DNA from: a virus
DNA length: 64,000 bases
Virus record (IMG/VR): IMGVR_UViG_3300034159_000059
Direction: 5' to 3' (one strand)
Shown: positions 47,244 through 57,121 of the stretch, in pieces
How positions within the stretch are numbered: position 1 is the first letter of the stretch
How the letters are laid out: each line of letters starts with the position of its first letter
Made by a program: the position numbers and the translations under genes
Notes under the pieces: generated by a model
Database searches by the model: none
The model's input: the letters and a program-made list of their open reading frames with translations, nothing else
What the model was told of the DNA's origin: nothing

Positions 47244-48172
47244 GGGGCGATGGTCACCGTAAGTACTGGTGCAGAGATGGAGTAGTCGGGAACTCGATGC
47301 GGATAGAGGCCAGGAGCGACTCCCGCAGTCACCGTCACAACTCCCTCGGCTCGGGCCGTAATACCGAGCTGCCCTAGATGTCCGAGGTAAGCAACGTCCG
47401 CAAGAGTCTGATCGGATGATGTGAAACAGATGATGTCATGTAGCTGCTTGGAGCGGCTGACGTAGTCGCTGAAGAGAACAGTGACATCGACTTGAGTGAT
47501 GTCGCCGGGCTTCATCGAAAGGGTCGTAACACTACCACCCCATACCAAACTGATCGGGTAGGGGTGGATGAGGTCGAAGAGGTTCGCCGTCGGGCGATCG
47601 GGGACCTTGAAGTTCCAAGTCTCATCATCTTCGCCAGCGAATGTGATGAAGTACTCTCCCGTGCGAAGCAGATCGAGAACCACGAACCCGTTCGGATCTG
47701 TACGAGCCTCTAGACTGGCCGGAGTGACGGCGTTTCCGTCTACCATCTCCGGAGTCTTCTTTCGAAGATCTGCGTCTGAGGAGAGACGAACCAGTGCGTT
47801 TGCTACGGGCTGGTTCTGGTAGTTGAGGAACCTTCCAACACAACGACAGACTCGGGGATCGATAGGAGCGCCGAAGACTCCGAGCTGAGTTGCTGTTGCG
47901 TAGAAGCCATTCGGAAGAGCGTCGTTGGTTGGTTCGTAGACCTTGATGAGTTGAGGGTTCGTGAATAGGTACCCGATCTTGAAGAACCGCGCCTCATAGG
48001 ACTGGCCATCAGCAAGGCCAGGAAGCAGGAAAGCTGTGCGTCCTGCGGCATCGGACAACCCGTAGGCCACCTGAACCAGGCTCGTTGGGTCGTAGATCCC
48101 TACCGCGACCCCCGCAACCGGCAAGGCAGAGGGGGTGGAGTCTGCTACGTAGAGGTTGACCGGTACCGCCAT
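47240..48172 (-). CDS. structural protein with Ig-like (carboxypeptidase-regulatory-like / Big_2-like) domains
   Basis: N-terminal MAVPVNLYVADS...AGVAVGIYD beta-sandwich-like region. C-terminal ...GITARAEGVVTVTAGV Big_2-like segment. Confidence 0.45.
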   Translation of the reverse strand: MAVPVNLYVADSTPSALPVAGVAVGIYDPTSLVQVAYGLSDAAGRTAFLLPGLADGQSYEARFFKIGYLFTNPQLIKVYEPTNDALPNGFYATATQLGVFGAPIDPRVCRCVGRFLNYQNQPVANALVRLSSDADLRKKTPEMVDGNAVTPASLEARTDPNGFVVLDLLRTGEYFITFAGEDDETWNFKVPDRPTANLFDLIHPYPISLVWGGSVTTLSMKPGDITQVDVTVLFSDYVSRSKQLHDIICFTSSDQTLADVAYLGHLGQLGITARAEGVVTVTAGVAPGLYPHRVPDYSISAPVLTVTIAP

Positions 48173-49099
48173 CTAGAGACTCCTGCGCGTCAAGAGCGGG
48201 GGAACCGTTTGTACTGTGAACATGTCTGTCGCCGTGGAAAGAGCCTGCATGATGTCGAAGCTGGCCGCGTCCGGGACAGTGATGGATCGAATGAGGGTCG
48301 AGCTCTCGATACCGACTCGAACATGCGCGCCGCGCAAAAGAGGTGCTTGCACAAAACCAGTCTCGTCAGCCTCGTATAGCAAAGGTTGCGAGCTGTAGAC
48401 TGCGGCGCCTCCCAACATCTCCGGATGATCTTCTGCGATGATCAGACGACCTTTTGCAGCAGAACCATCAAGACCTAGAAAGGTCATGTAGCCGATGGAG
48501 ATCTTGGAAGGGTCCGCAGCAGGAGCAGCCGGAGGGACCCATGGGGAGAACTTCGAGAAGGGAGAGAGCCCGTCTGCGGAGAAGCGCCAGCGATATCGAG
48601 CGTTGGAGGCAACAGCGGCAACATCGTAGTACGGGTAGAGGACAGAGTCCGCACTCAAGGGGATACGGGCATCGGCCCCAGCAGCCCCCGCGCCGTTCGT
48701 GAAAAAGCCGGCAGGACTGGAAACGATCTCGATAGTGCCCGCTCTCCCCGTAGCCGGTGAAGAGAGAATGACAGTTTGATCGAGAGAGACTGCGGCTCCT
48801 AGAAGGACTTGGTTGATTCGAGCCGCAGCCTGGTCTGGCGTCCAGTAGGCGAGGATCGGGTCGAAGAAGATCTCCTGCTCCCCTCCCCCGTCCATCTTGA
48901 CGTAGAGGGACAGGCCTCCCAAAGCGAAGGAGTTCCTGGCAGTGGTGGAGAGCACCTCGGCATGCTCGGCAACGTTCGAAGTGATCTCCCGCCAAGTATC
49001 TCCATCATCCTCAGAAAGCCACACCTCGATGTGCGTATAGCCTGCGGTCAGTAGGCTCTGGACGTTCGAAGCGGGGATGGAGAGAAAAGAAGGCATCAA
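48173..49099 (-). CDS. virion structural protein
   Basis: 308 aa. Confidence 0.45.
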   Translation of the reverse strand: MMPSFLSIPASNVQSLLTAGYTHIEVWLSEDDGDTWREITSNVAEHAEVLSTTARNSFALGGLSLYVKMDGGGEQEIFFDPILAYWTPDQAAARINQVLLGAAVSLDQTVILSSPATGRAGTIEIVSSPAGFFTNGAGAAGADARIPLSADSVLYPYYDVAAVASNARYRWRFSADGLSPFSKFSPWVPPAAPAADPSKISIGYMTFLGLDGSAAKGRLIIAEDHPEMLGGAAVYSSQPLLYEADETGFVQAPLLRGAHVRVGIESSTLIRSITVPDAASFDIMQALSTATDMFTVQTVPPLLTRRSL

Positions 49100-49105
49100 A
49101 GGCCT

Positions 49106-49402
49106 CTATTTGCACTTCGCATGGGCAGGGGAACGAGGAGGGACGACTCCGATGGTCTCCGCAAGGCGGCGAGCTGCCGAGCGAACACGCTTCTTCTCTT
49201 CCGTCGCTTTCTGAATCTCTTTTCCGAGTCGGCTGTAGACCCCCGTGATGCTCAACGACTCGACCGTCTCTCCGAGACCTGGCTGGGGAGGTTGAAGAGC
49301 GCAGAAGTCCCCACGCTCTACTGCGCGCAGATTCTCATCAACCAGCTTGGTTACACTACGACTCCGACCTCTCACTAGCCTTACAAAGAATGCGATGACC
49401 AT
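49106..49402 (-). CDS. hypothetical protein (98 aa)
   Basis: Only the Met-initiated C-terminal part of listed ORF 49106..49807 is protein-like. ATGA coupling with the upstream gene. Confidence 0.35.
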   Translation of the reverse strand: MVIAFFVRLVRGRSRSVTKLVDENLRAVERGDFCALQPPQPGLGETVESLSITGVYSRLGKEIQKATEEKKRVRSAARRLAETIGVVPPRSPAHAKCK

Positions 49403-49779
49403 TACCCACCTCCCCCTCCCGTGCGGCGATGTGGAGTCGCCGGCTGCATACCGTTGATTTGAGCTGTGAGCATCGAGACCATATCGCCGACTCGATCCAG
49501 AGCAGTAGTCGTCTCTTTGGCCTGAGCCACGTGCTCGGTGACCATCTCGATCACCTTGGAAGTAATTCCCTGGGAATCCTCCACCCTCTTCTCTTGAGCG
49601 GAGGTGACTCGCTTCCCCATCTCGTCTAGTTGCGTTACGAATTTCTCCTCCCGTTCCCGCGACAAGTTGTTGAGCCGAACGTTCTCTTTCCATAGGAAGA
49701 CTACCGCAATGTAGGGCGCAAGAATGATGAGCCCGACGATCCCGTAAGTTTTCAGAACGAGATGAGTGAATTCCTCCAT
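49402..49779 (-). CDS. membrane protein, N-terminal TM helix + coiled coil
   Basis: GIVGLIILAPYIAVVFLW, then E/K/Q-rich helices. Confidence 0.45.
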   Translation of the reverse strand: MEEFTHLVLKTYGIVGLIILAPYIAVVFLWKENVRLNNLSREREEKFVTQLDEMGKRVTSAQEKRVEDSQGITSKVIEMVTEHVAQAKETTTALDRVGDMVSMLTAQINGMQPATPHRRTGGGGG

Positions 49780-49781
49780 AC

Positions 49782-49991
49782 TCAGGATCCCTCAAGATAC
49801 GAGGCAAGGCTTTTCTGCGCGACCGCGGATACCACAGCGGTGCTGACAGCCTGAATCCCCTTCCCTCCCATTCGCCCGTTGAGAACAGCCGTCAAGACAG
49901 AGGCCTCGTTGGTCAGTCGAGCACGTTCCTTGGCCACGTACTCTTTCGTAGTGGTCTGAAGGTCTTGAAGAAGGGCGAGGCGAGTGGTCAT
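49782..49991 (-). CDS. small hypothetical protein
   Basis: 69 aa. Confidence 0.4.
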   Translation of the reverse strand: MTTRLALLQDLQTTTKEYVAKERARLTNEASVLTAVLNGRMGGKGIQAVSTAVVSAVAQKSLASYLEGS

Positions 49992-49994
49992 GGA

Positions 49995-50882
49995 TCAATC
50001 CCCCACCCGTTCGAGGATCTTCGTCATGATGGCGCGCTTCGCCTTCGAAACCTTGGACACTTCCCAGCGCAGCTTCTTGGCGATGGCTCCGCTTTTGACG
50101 ACGGGAGCATGATCTGTCCGCGGGAACATGAGCTCGTGAACCTTCTGCTCGTGCGGCTTCAGCTCTGGGTAAACTACATGAGCCGCTTGGAGGTACGGAT
50201 CGTGGGCGTGATGCCCTACGCCTTCCACCTTCTCGCCGCCAGCCGTGATGTCGTAGTTGCGTCGAACCTGGCTCTCTACCTGAAGCACATCCTTCAAGGA
50301 GAGCTTCCCTTTCGACGCATCCGCGATCTGGTGAGAAGATGGCTCGAAGCCCATCTTCTCTGTGAGCTCGTGTTTGACGGCGTTGTAAGGAGTGATCTTC
50401 TTCGCAAGATCTTCATGGATGCGCGCTGGGTTCTGGTGCCACACCACGAAGCGCTTGATACCGCGAAGGTTGTTCTCGACCCAGGTGTTGAGCCTCGCGC
50501 CAGAGGGGTGGCTAGGATCCCACTTCTCCAACGCCTTCCGGTAGTGTTGAACAAGCTCAGCCTTCTGAGTAACGCGGTTGACCTCCGCCCCTTTGAAGCG
50601 AGAGAGCCAGTTGTTGATGATAGGCATGTGGCTCTTCTTGAGAGCCTCGAAGTCTTCAGACCTCTGTCCGCCATCCATCCACTTGTGCCACATGGCCTCC
50701 TCCTTGTCTCGAAGGAGACCTCGGTTCTTCTGCTTCTCGGCGGGGCTTTCTACTGTGGGCGGAGCAAGCGATACCTTGGGAGGGGTGTAGATGGGGACCT
50801 TCGGCTGCGCCTTGGAGCGCGCCGCTGCAAGCTTCGCGAAGAGCCAGTCAAAGGCCTCGCTCCTGGTAGTGCTCTCTGCCAT
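49995..50882 (-). CDS. sigma-70 family RNA polymerase sigma factor-like protein
   Basis: KALEKWDPSHPSGARLNTWVENNLRGIKRFV aligns with region 2.2-2.4 of sigma-70 ([30 protein letters not shown]). A region-3-like ELTEKMGFEPSSHQIADASKGKLSLKDVL and a region-4-like C-terminus are also present. Confidence 0.5.
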   Translation of the reverse strand: MAESTTRSEAFDWLFAKLAAARSKAQPKVPIYTPPKVSLAPPTVESPAEKQKNRGLLRDKEEAMWHKWMDGGQRSEDFEALKKSHMPIINNWLSRFKGAEVNRVTQKAELVQHYRKALEKWDPSHPSGARLNTWVENNLRGIKRFVVWHQNPARIHEDLAKKITPYNAVKHELTEKMGFEPSSHQIADASKGKLSLKDVLQVESQVRRNYDITAGGEKVEGVGHHAHDPYLQAAHVVYPELKPHEQKVHELMFPRTDHAPVVKSGAIAKKLRWEVSKVSKAKRAIMTKILERVGD

Positions 50883-50886
50883 CGAA

Positions 50887-51366
50887 TCAGGCAGCGCCGC
50901 CGGAGAGAGGAGACTGCACCGGAGAAGCTCCTCTCGTTGGCGTAGTTGAACGCTTGGAGAGGGTCGGGAGAACGAAGGTCCCTCGACCTCCTGGAGCGGC
51001 TGATACCTTCAGGAGCTCGGGGTACCTCACCTGAGCATCCGTCAGACTGGCGGCAGCGATCTTGTCGAAGAATCCGTCAACGTTGGCTGTGACGGAGGAG
51101 GACTTGCCCATCCCGTAGAGTGATCCAAGGTCTGTAGGAGGTGGAGGGGGGATTCGCGGCGCGAGGCGCGATGGGGTCTCCGCAACGGGAGCTTGCGTGA
51201 AGAGTTGACGAAGCCGAGCCACTTCTCCGTCTCTAGCGCGATGCGCCTCGTCGAAGAGTAGTTCGGCCTCCGCACGAGTCCTGGCGCGCGTCTTCACTTC
51301 CAACTCCAGCCGCTCCTTCTCCTCGACGCCGAGGTTGGCCACTCCGGCTCTCTTGATCTTCTTCAC
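50887..51366 (-). CDS. hypothetical protein (Arg/Ala-rich)
   Basis: 159 aa. Confidence 0.4.
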   Translation of the reverse strand: MKKIKRAGVANLGVEEKERLELEVKTRARTRAEAELLFDEAHRARDGEVARLRQLFTQAPVAETPSRLAPRIPPPPPTDLGSLYGMGKSSSVTANVDGFFDKIAAASLTDAQVRYPELLKVSAAPGGRGTFVLPTLSKRSTTPTRGASPVQSPLSGGAA

Positions 51367-51375
51367 GGACGCCTC

Positions 51376-52008
51376 CTAGATCTTGGGCAGCGTTCCACGC
51401 AAGCCGATGTGTGGAACCTGCTGCGAAATGCTGGGCCCACTCTTGCCGAGGAACTGCGCCGAAGCGCGGCCGGTAGAGGGGAACTTGAAGGGAGTGGCTC
51501 CAGACGCCTTGGTCTTCTCCCACTTCTTCTTGGCATGGCGCTTCCGAGCCCATTCCGCGGCGCCGAGTCCTGCCCCCGCTGCCACGGCGCCAACCTGCCA
51601 CTTCGGATCGAGCTTGTAGAACCGTTGGGGCATCGGGCGACGAGACTGGACCCCCGCCTCTACGGCGCCATGGATGAACTTCGCTGCTCCGGCGCCCGCC
51701 AGCATGTGGACGCCGACCTCTTTGGTCTTGTCGATCTTGCTGGAAGGAGGAGCCTCCTGCTTCCGCTTTCTACGTCCCAGAACGCTGAGCCGTGGAAGAA
51801 CGGAAGGGTCCGGCCCCGCCGTCTTCTCAGAGAGCGGGAGAGATTGAGCCTTGGCGAGAATGGTCTTCGCCTTCTCGTACCCATCGCTCGGGACCGGTTG
51901 AGGGTGCGGATAGGAAAGGATCGTCTCAGCAGAGAGACCGGCGAGACTCACCTCGCCGATCTTCTTGAGCTCGTCCTCAAATCCATTTTTGAGGGCCTCC
52001 CAGAACAC
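51376..52008 (-). CDS. hypothetical basic protein, paralogous N-terminus to the next gene
   Basis: N-terminal FEDELKKIGE. GAGAAKF. KR-rich. Confidence 0.45.
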   Translation of the reverse strand: MFWEALKNGFEDELKKIGEVSLAGLSAETILSYPHPQPVPSDGYEKAKTILAKAQSLPLSEKTAGPDPSVLPRLSVLGRRKRKQEAPPSSKIDKTKEVGVHMLAGAGAAKFIHGAVEAGVQSRRPMPQRFYKLDPKWQVGAVAAGAGLGAAEWARKRHAKKKWEKTKASGATPFKFPSTGRASAQFLGKSGPSISQQVPHIGLRGTLPKI

Positions 52009-52011
52009 AGG

Positions 52012-52308
52012 CTACCTCCCCATCTGCTGCATCCTGATGGTCTTGCCTGTCTGGTAGTCCTCGGCCATCTGCTTCAGCTTGCGTTGGCCGTATAGAGCAC
52101 CGGCACCGCCTGTCGCCGCAGCGGCGAAGACGTGTCGACGGGCAAAGCCCGCTGAGGTCTTGAGCATGAAGTTCTTCTTCACGAACTTCCCGGCCTTGCC
52201 TGCAAGAGTCTCGGCCTTGAATGGACGAATCCCGGCGCGGCTGAAACCGCCACCGATCTTCTCCAGCTCATCCTCAAATGCTCGGCGGGTAACCTCCGAG
52301 AGATCCAT
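52012..52308 (-). CDS. hypothetical basic protein, paralogous N-terminus
   Basis: N-terminal FEDELEKIGG. GGAGALYG. KR-rich. Confidence 0.45.
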   Translation of the reverse strand: MDLSEVTRRAFEDELEKIGGGFSRAGIRPFKAETLAGKAGKFVKKNFMLKTSAGFARRHVFAAAATGGAGALYGQRKLKQMAEDYQTGKTIRMQQMGR

Positions 52309-52368
52309 GGACTACCTCCTCGTCCTGGCGAGGATACACCGCCACATCCGACCGTGGAAACGGTAGAA

Positions 52369-55300
52369 TTACCCTACGTAGCCTCTGTTCCCCCGCGTCA
52401 GCGCGGCCAGGTACGCTTCGACCTTCTCCAGCTTCTTGGCGCGCACGTCGTAGGAGGCGGCCACAGCCCGTTTCGCCTCGCCTCCCATCCTAGCCAGGCG
52501 CATCACAGGGTTGTCCATAAGGCCGGTCAGATTCCCAGCCTTTACCGTTGCCGGATGAACTGAGAGGGAGTGGAAGCCGAGCGTGCCGGACACCACGTTG
52601 ACGCTGGAGCCGCTGACGGAGATAGCAAGGTCGTGCGATCCCAAGAGCTCCCTCTTTGAAGCGACTGGGCGCCTGGTGAAGCTCTCGATGAACTCATCGA
52701 CGTCGAGATGCTCGGAACGCACCTTACCGTACAAGTATGCAATGAAGTTCAACGCCGTCTCAATGGAGAGTAGAGACCTCTTCTGATCGATGGTCTTGAT
52801 ACGTGCTTGAAGGGCTTTGACGTCTTCGTCGAAGGAAGTATCCAGTCCGTCCTCTGGAAGACTTGTCGGGACCTGCCTCAGTTCTGCTGGAACGCTTTGC
52901 GTGATGATTTGGTCGACGACAGACGCGCAGCCGAAGAATTTCTGGTAGATGCGCGGGCCGATGTTCTCGTTGTCGTAAGAAGTAGAAAGCCAAGAGGGAC
53001 GGACCACGTACTCGACAGGAACGCGAGGGTCTGTACTCTGGCTGTAAGGGACTGCGACTTCCTCGTGAATCATGATCGAGGTGAAATAGCGGACTCCATT
53101 CACCTCAGTCACGTTGTACGGTGGGAGAGCCTGAACAAGCTTCACCTTCCCACCCTTGAGACCCGTAGAGCCTACGGTGATGATACCTGGAGGACTTGGC
53201 ACCTTGATGGTGTCTCCCGCAGCTCCAAAAGGAGAGGCAGAGTCCACAAGGAAACTGGTGTTGGAAGAAGACTTGGTAGTCCCTTCTCCGAGAGACTGCA
53301 CAGCAACGCTCTTCTGTGTTGTCGTCTCTACCCCCTTGGAGATGGTCTTCACGTCGTAGGTGGCAGCGTTGCTGGACTGCTTGCGGATATCGAGAGCAGT
53401 GAGCGCCGCATCATTCGGCCCTTGGGGTGTGCAGTCTCTCAAGAAACTGAGCAGCTTCTCATTCGGAACCGCATCCTTGTAGCTGAGAGTCCAGTGAACC
53501 ACCTGCGTCTTGGTCTTGGTGTTCCCTGTTCGATCGAGAAGCTTCCCGATGAACTCGTCATCGATTCCAAGGTGAGAGCGGCAGTGGGACAGAGCCACGG
53601 TGGTATGTCCTCCGTCTTGGCCGACGGAGTGAGTGAGGGACTCGATCATCCCGAGGAACTGAGGAGGGGCTCCAAGCTCCCCCGCAGGGTTCTGACTGAG
53701 GCGAATGCGATCGAGGATCTCCTCCTCTGTGGCTGTGGGAAGGTTGACGTAGAACGGCTTCTGGATGACCGCAGAAGGGAACCCCACCACCAGATAAGGC
53801 ATGAAGCGGCCAGCGACGTTCAGAGTCCTAGCGCCCATGCGGTACTTGAAGAAGTGATGCATCCCGACGCGCTGGCTCCAGGTGAGCTTGGCCTGCTTGA
53901 GCTTCTTCTGAGCATCATTAGAAGTTCCCCGAAGCCAGCCAGAGCTAAAGGAATCAGGCAGCCATTCCTCTCGGGCCACGATGCCCGTGTGGAGCTCGTG
54001 ATCCATGAGGATGCGCCACTTGTTTGCCATATGCTTTGCGACCTCCAGGGAGAGGTCACGCAGGTCTGGCTCCAAGAGGTGGACGGAGAGAAGGGCCGAA
54101 TCGTTTGGAGCTGCTCCCGGGTTCGGGGTGGCGACCTGGGAGTGGACGGAGATCTCGACGCGCGTCACTTCGTTGATGAAGGTACGGTCGTATGTGAGTT
54201 GCGAGTACTGTTCCGGGAAGATCACGTTGCAGACCGGCGGAGCTCCCATGAAGCAGTCCGGACGAAAGATCTGAGATCGAAGCCGGTCGTCTCTCTTCCC
54301 AACGTAGTTGGCTCCCTCGGAGGTGGTGACCGTCTTGTCCCCCGCCGCGTCGAGAGAGGAGATGAGGTCTGCGGTGAGGCTTGCCGCAGTGGAACGCTGC
54401 ACGTCTCTTTCCTTCTCCGATAGAGTCATGAAGCTTTGAAGCAACTTCGCGATCACCGAGTTGAGGGTGCTCGCTCTGACTCCGACATCGCTCGGCAGTC
54501 CTTTGACCTTGGGCAAGACAGCCAGCACCTTCGTCTTCAAATCTGCCGAGACCTTCGCCAGAGTCGGCTTCTCCAAACTGGGGGAGTCTAGAAGGACAGC
54601 GGCGTCTTGGAGTGTCCCTCTGATGCCAGGGAAGTAGCGGCTTGCGGACAAGCTACCCTTGCTGGCAGGAACCTTGACGGAGACTTTGGTGGCAGATGGG
54701 TCATACTTCGCCACCGGGTTCGGAGCTACTGAGTAGTAGATGAACTGACAGAGCAACTTGAACATGTCGCGAAGAGTGATCTGCCCTCCGGCGACAGAGA
54801 TCTGGTTGTTCAGCCACTCGAAGAAGACACGGTGGTTGAGTAGCTTCTGAGCCGTCGAGTCGTTGTCCTCGGCCACTACCTGCGCCAGAAGATGGTTCCT
54901 CAACTCCGCGATGGTGAAGAAATCGTTCACCCCGAGCTGGTACCCTCGCAGCCCTCCCATGACTTCCATCAGACGAAGGATGCCTCCTGCCAGACCACCA
55001 ACGTCCGTTGAGCCTGGCATCTGAGGCTTCGAAAGGATCCAAGACCTGAGCTTCTCGGCGGGGCTCTGGGTAGGGACAGATGAAAAGAGGCCAGTGTTGG
55101 AAGCGTACACGCCTCCCTTCGCAACGAAAGCGTTCCCGCCCGGCCCGTAGTCCATCACCGTCGCTTGGCACAGATCCCAGTAGCTCGAATGATCCAAGCA
55201 CTGAAGAATGACGGCTCGACTCATCGGAGTCTTCTGAAAGCTGAAGCCGACGACCTCTCCACAGAAGAGAAGCTTGTAAACCTGGTCAGAGAGGCCGCTG

Positions 55301-55569
55301 TCTTGCGCGACTCCTTTATCGTTCGTGACGCGCAGCCCTGAAAGGCTCTGTCTCGCAATCTCTCCCTTGGTGGAGTTGACCAGAGGCTCCTCAAGAAAGA
55401 AGAGATGCACCATGGTGCGAGGTTTCAGCTCCATCACTTCGTCCAACGGAACGACTTGGATGGCCGCGGACACAGGAGCGAACATCGTCGCCTGAACCTG
55501 CGCCGAGATGACCGGGACTTCCTGACCTTCGAGAAAGAGACGGAGGTGGAGAGGCTTCGCAAGCGACAT
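52369..55569 (-). CDS. large virion-associated protein (1066 aa), function unknown
   Basis: Long biased ORF. Confidence 0.5.
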   Translation of the reverse strand: MSLAKPLHLRLFLEGQEVPVISAQVQATMFAPVSAAIQVVPLDEVMELKPRTMVHLFFLEEPLVNSTKGEIARQSLSGLRVTNDKGVAQDSGLSDQVYKLLFCGEVVGFSFQKTPMSRAVILQCLDHSSYWDLCQATVMDYGPGGNAFVAKGGVYASNTGLFSSVPTQSPAEKLRSWILSKPQMPGSTDVGGLAGGILRLMEVMGGLRGYQLGVNDFFTIAELRNHLLAQVVAEDNDSTAQKLLNHRVFFEWLNNQISVAGGQITLRDMFKLLCQFIYYSVAPNPVAKYDPSATKVSVKVPASKGSLSASRYFPGIRGTLQDAAVLLDSPSLEKPTLAKVSADLKTKVLAVLPKVKGLPSDVGVRASTLNSVIAKLLQSFMTLSEKERDVQRSTAASLTADLISSLDAAGDKTVTTSEGANYVGKRDDRLRSQIFRPDCFMGAPPVCNVIFPEQYSQLTYDRTFINEVTRVEISVHSQVATPNPGAAPNDSALLSVHLLEPDLRDLSLEVAKHMANKWRILMDHELHTGIVAREEWLPDSFSSGWLRGTSNDAQKKLKQAKLTWSQRVGMHHFFKYRMGARTLNVAGRFMPYLVVGFPSAVIQKPFYVNLPTATEEEILDRIRLSQNPAGELGAPPQFLGMIESLTHSVGQDGGHTTVALSHCRSHLGIDDEFIGKLLDRTGNTKTKTQVVHWTLSYKDAVPNEKLLSFLRDCTPQGPNDAALTALDIRKQSSNAATYDVKTISKGVETTTQKSVAVQSLGEGTTKSSSNTSFLVDSASPFGAAGDTIKVPSPPGIITVGSTGLKGGKVKLVQALPPYNVTEVNGVRYFTSIMIHEEVAVPYSQSTDPRVPVEYVVRPSWLSTSYDNENIGPRIYQKFFGCASVVDQIITQSVPAELRQVPTSLPEDGLDTSFDEDVKALQARIKTIDQKRSLLSIETALNFIAYLYGKVRSEHLDVDEFIESFTRRPVASKRELLGSHDLAISVSGSSVNVVSGTLGFHSLSVHPATVKAGNLTGLMDNPVMRLARMGGEAKRAVAASYDVRAKKLEKVEAYLAALTRGNRGYVG

Positions 55570-55579
55570 GGATCTCTCG

Positions 55580-57121
55580 CTACTGAGACTGGGATTGCTT
55601 CAGGGATTCCAAGCGCCGCTGCATCGCGTCGGTGGAAATGCTGGAAGCGAAGGCCTGGAATTCGGCGGTAGGAACTCCCATCACCTGCGGCTTTGAGGTC
55701 CCTGGTTGAGTGAGAGTTTGATTCGTACCGGAGGAGGTTCCGTCGGCCGAGGCTGAGATCGCGCGGTCGATGGCAGCCGCCGTTTCAGGAGATGTAGACT
55801 GCACGACGCTGTCGGCCAACGCTGCGTTGCTGAGAAGAGCTGTGGAACCTGCCACCACAGGAGTACCAGCGGCCAGCGCCGTGTTGGCCATGACACCACT
55901 TCCTGCCACAACTCCTCTTGCGGCCCCCAGCACCTGGAGACCGATACCTGTCTGGGAAAGCAAGCCGACCGTCTTCGTGATCTCCGAAGATGGAACGACT
56001 AGACCGTACCTAGCCCACTCCACCCGAGCTGTCTCGAACATCTGATCCTGACTGTCGAAGGAGGACTTGGTGTTGAAGGCCGCAGTGAATGTGTCCCCGA
56101 GCTCAAGAGATGAGGAACCGTACTGTTGAGAGATTCCAACGAACTCGTCGTCGTTCTGACCGAAAGTCGAGAATCGAATAGGGCCTTCCACACCCACGAC
56201 ATCTGCCGGAACGAACTTCGGGTCATCGAAGGCCAGCGCTCCGGCAAAGCCTACAGGGACGCGGATAGGGTCCCCGAGCCAAGCATTCGCAGAGAGAATG
56301 GAGTTCTGGGTGATCTCTGTGATCTTGGACCACGTATCTTGGATCGTCCTCACCGCATCATTCGCAATGCTCTCGAAGAGCGACGGGGACTGACCGACCG
56401 GAGTTGAGAAGGTGGGCACAAGTTGCGGTCTGTAAATGCTGGTATCCGTCTCCCCGAGATCCGTGAATGCGTTCGGGTTGGCGTTTGGATCCCCGAGACG
56501 AGAAAGGTTGGTGTAGTCGGTCACGAACATCTGGAACGAGAAAGGGACGTGGTTCCGTTCCTGTGAGTTCTTCACCGACGAGGTGGACATGATGTAGCCC
56601 GACACCATGGTGTCGTCGTAGGTGAGGTAGACGCGAGCATCGTTCTCGACACATTTCGAACCACGCAGGTAGTTCTCGTAGTTGTAGAGCCATTCGGCTT
56701 CCCAGTTGAAGTCGAAGGTGTTGATGAGGATCCCCTGAACCCCGAGAATACGCGGACGTTCTCCGAAGAAGAAGATGAACGCTTCGCCAAAGGTCTCTAC
56801 GATCTGCTGCTTCTCGACGCGCTCTTCTTGGACTTGCTGGATGAGGAAGTTCGAGTAGCTCTTCGACTTCATCATGTTGCCGTCCATCTCCCCGGTACGC
56901 GAACCGGCGTTGACGAGCGGCAGAGCGAGTCCGTTGGAGAGTAGGACCCGCAGGGTAGCGTAGGTATTGTCCTTTAGAACGATGCCGCGCGTAGGACGAC
57001 GAACGTCCCGCTGAAGCGCGCTGCGGACTTCTGCCGGATCCGAGCTCTTGATCGTGTTCGAGAGGTTCGAGAAGAGCTGGGATTGCCGATCCGGGATGAT
57101 GGCGACGGTGACGGAGCTCAT
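55580..57121 (-). CDS. virion-associated protein (513 aa)
   Basis: Long ORF. C-terminal Ala/Gly/Ser/Thr-rich tail. Confidence 0.45.
   Translation of the reverse strand: MSSVTVAIIPDRQSQLFSNLSNTIKSSDPAEVRSALQRDVRRPTRGIVLKDNTYATLRVLLSNGLALPLVNAGSRTGEMDGNMMKSKSYSNFLIQQVQEERVEKQQIVETFGEAFIFFFGERPRILGVQGILINTFDFNWEAEWLYNYENYLRGSKCVENDARVYLTYDDTMVSGYIMSTSSVKNSQERNHVPFSFQMFVTDYTNLSRLGDPNANPNAFTDLGETDTSIYRPQLVPTFSTPVGQSPSLFESIANDAVRTIQDTWSKITEITQNSILSANAWLGDPIRVPVGFAGALAFDDPKFVPADVVGVEGPIRFSTFGQNDDEFVGISQQYGSSSLELGDTFTAAFNTKSSFDSQDQMFETARVEWARYGLVVPSSEITKTVGLLSQTGIGLQVLGAARGVVAGSGVMANTALAAGTPVVAGSTALLSNAALADSVVQSTSPETAAAIDRAISASADGTSSGTNQTLTQPGTSKPQVMGVPTAEFQAFASSISTDAMQRRLESLKQSQSQ

Noticed and set aside
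49403-49807. N-terminal two-thirds of minus ORF 49106..49807 (233 aa)
   Set aside because: The composition is Arg/Gly/Ser-rich and non-protein-like. It overlaps the well-formed TM/coiled-coil gene 49402..49779 in another frame.
52807-54423. 538-aa + strand ORF antisense to the 1066-aa virion gene, and similar long antisense ORFs (e.g. 35672..36349, 39353..39820, 59545..60753, 22447..23358, 25761..26564, 13947..14978)
   Set aside because: These are typical high-GC shadow ORFs with Arg/Leu/Val/Asp-rich, low-information translations, lying entirely inside better-supported genes on the other strand.
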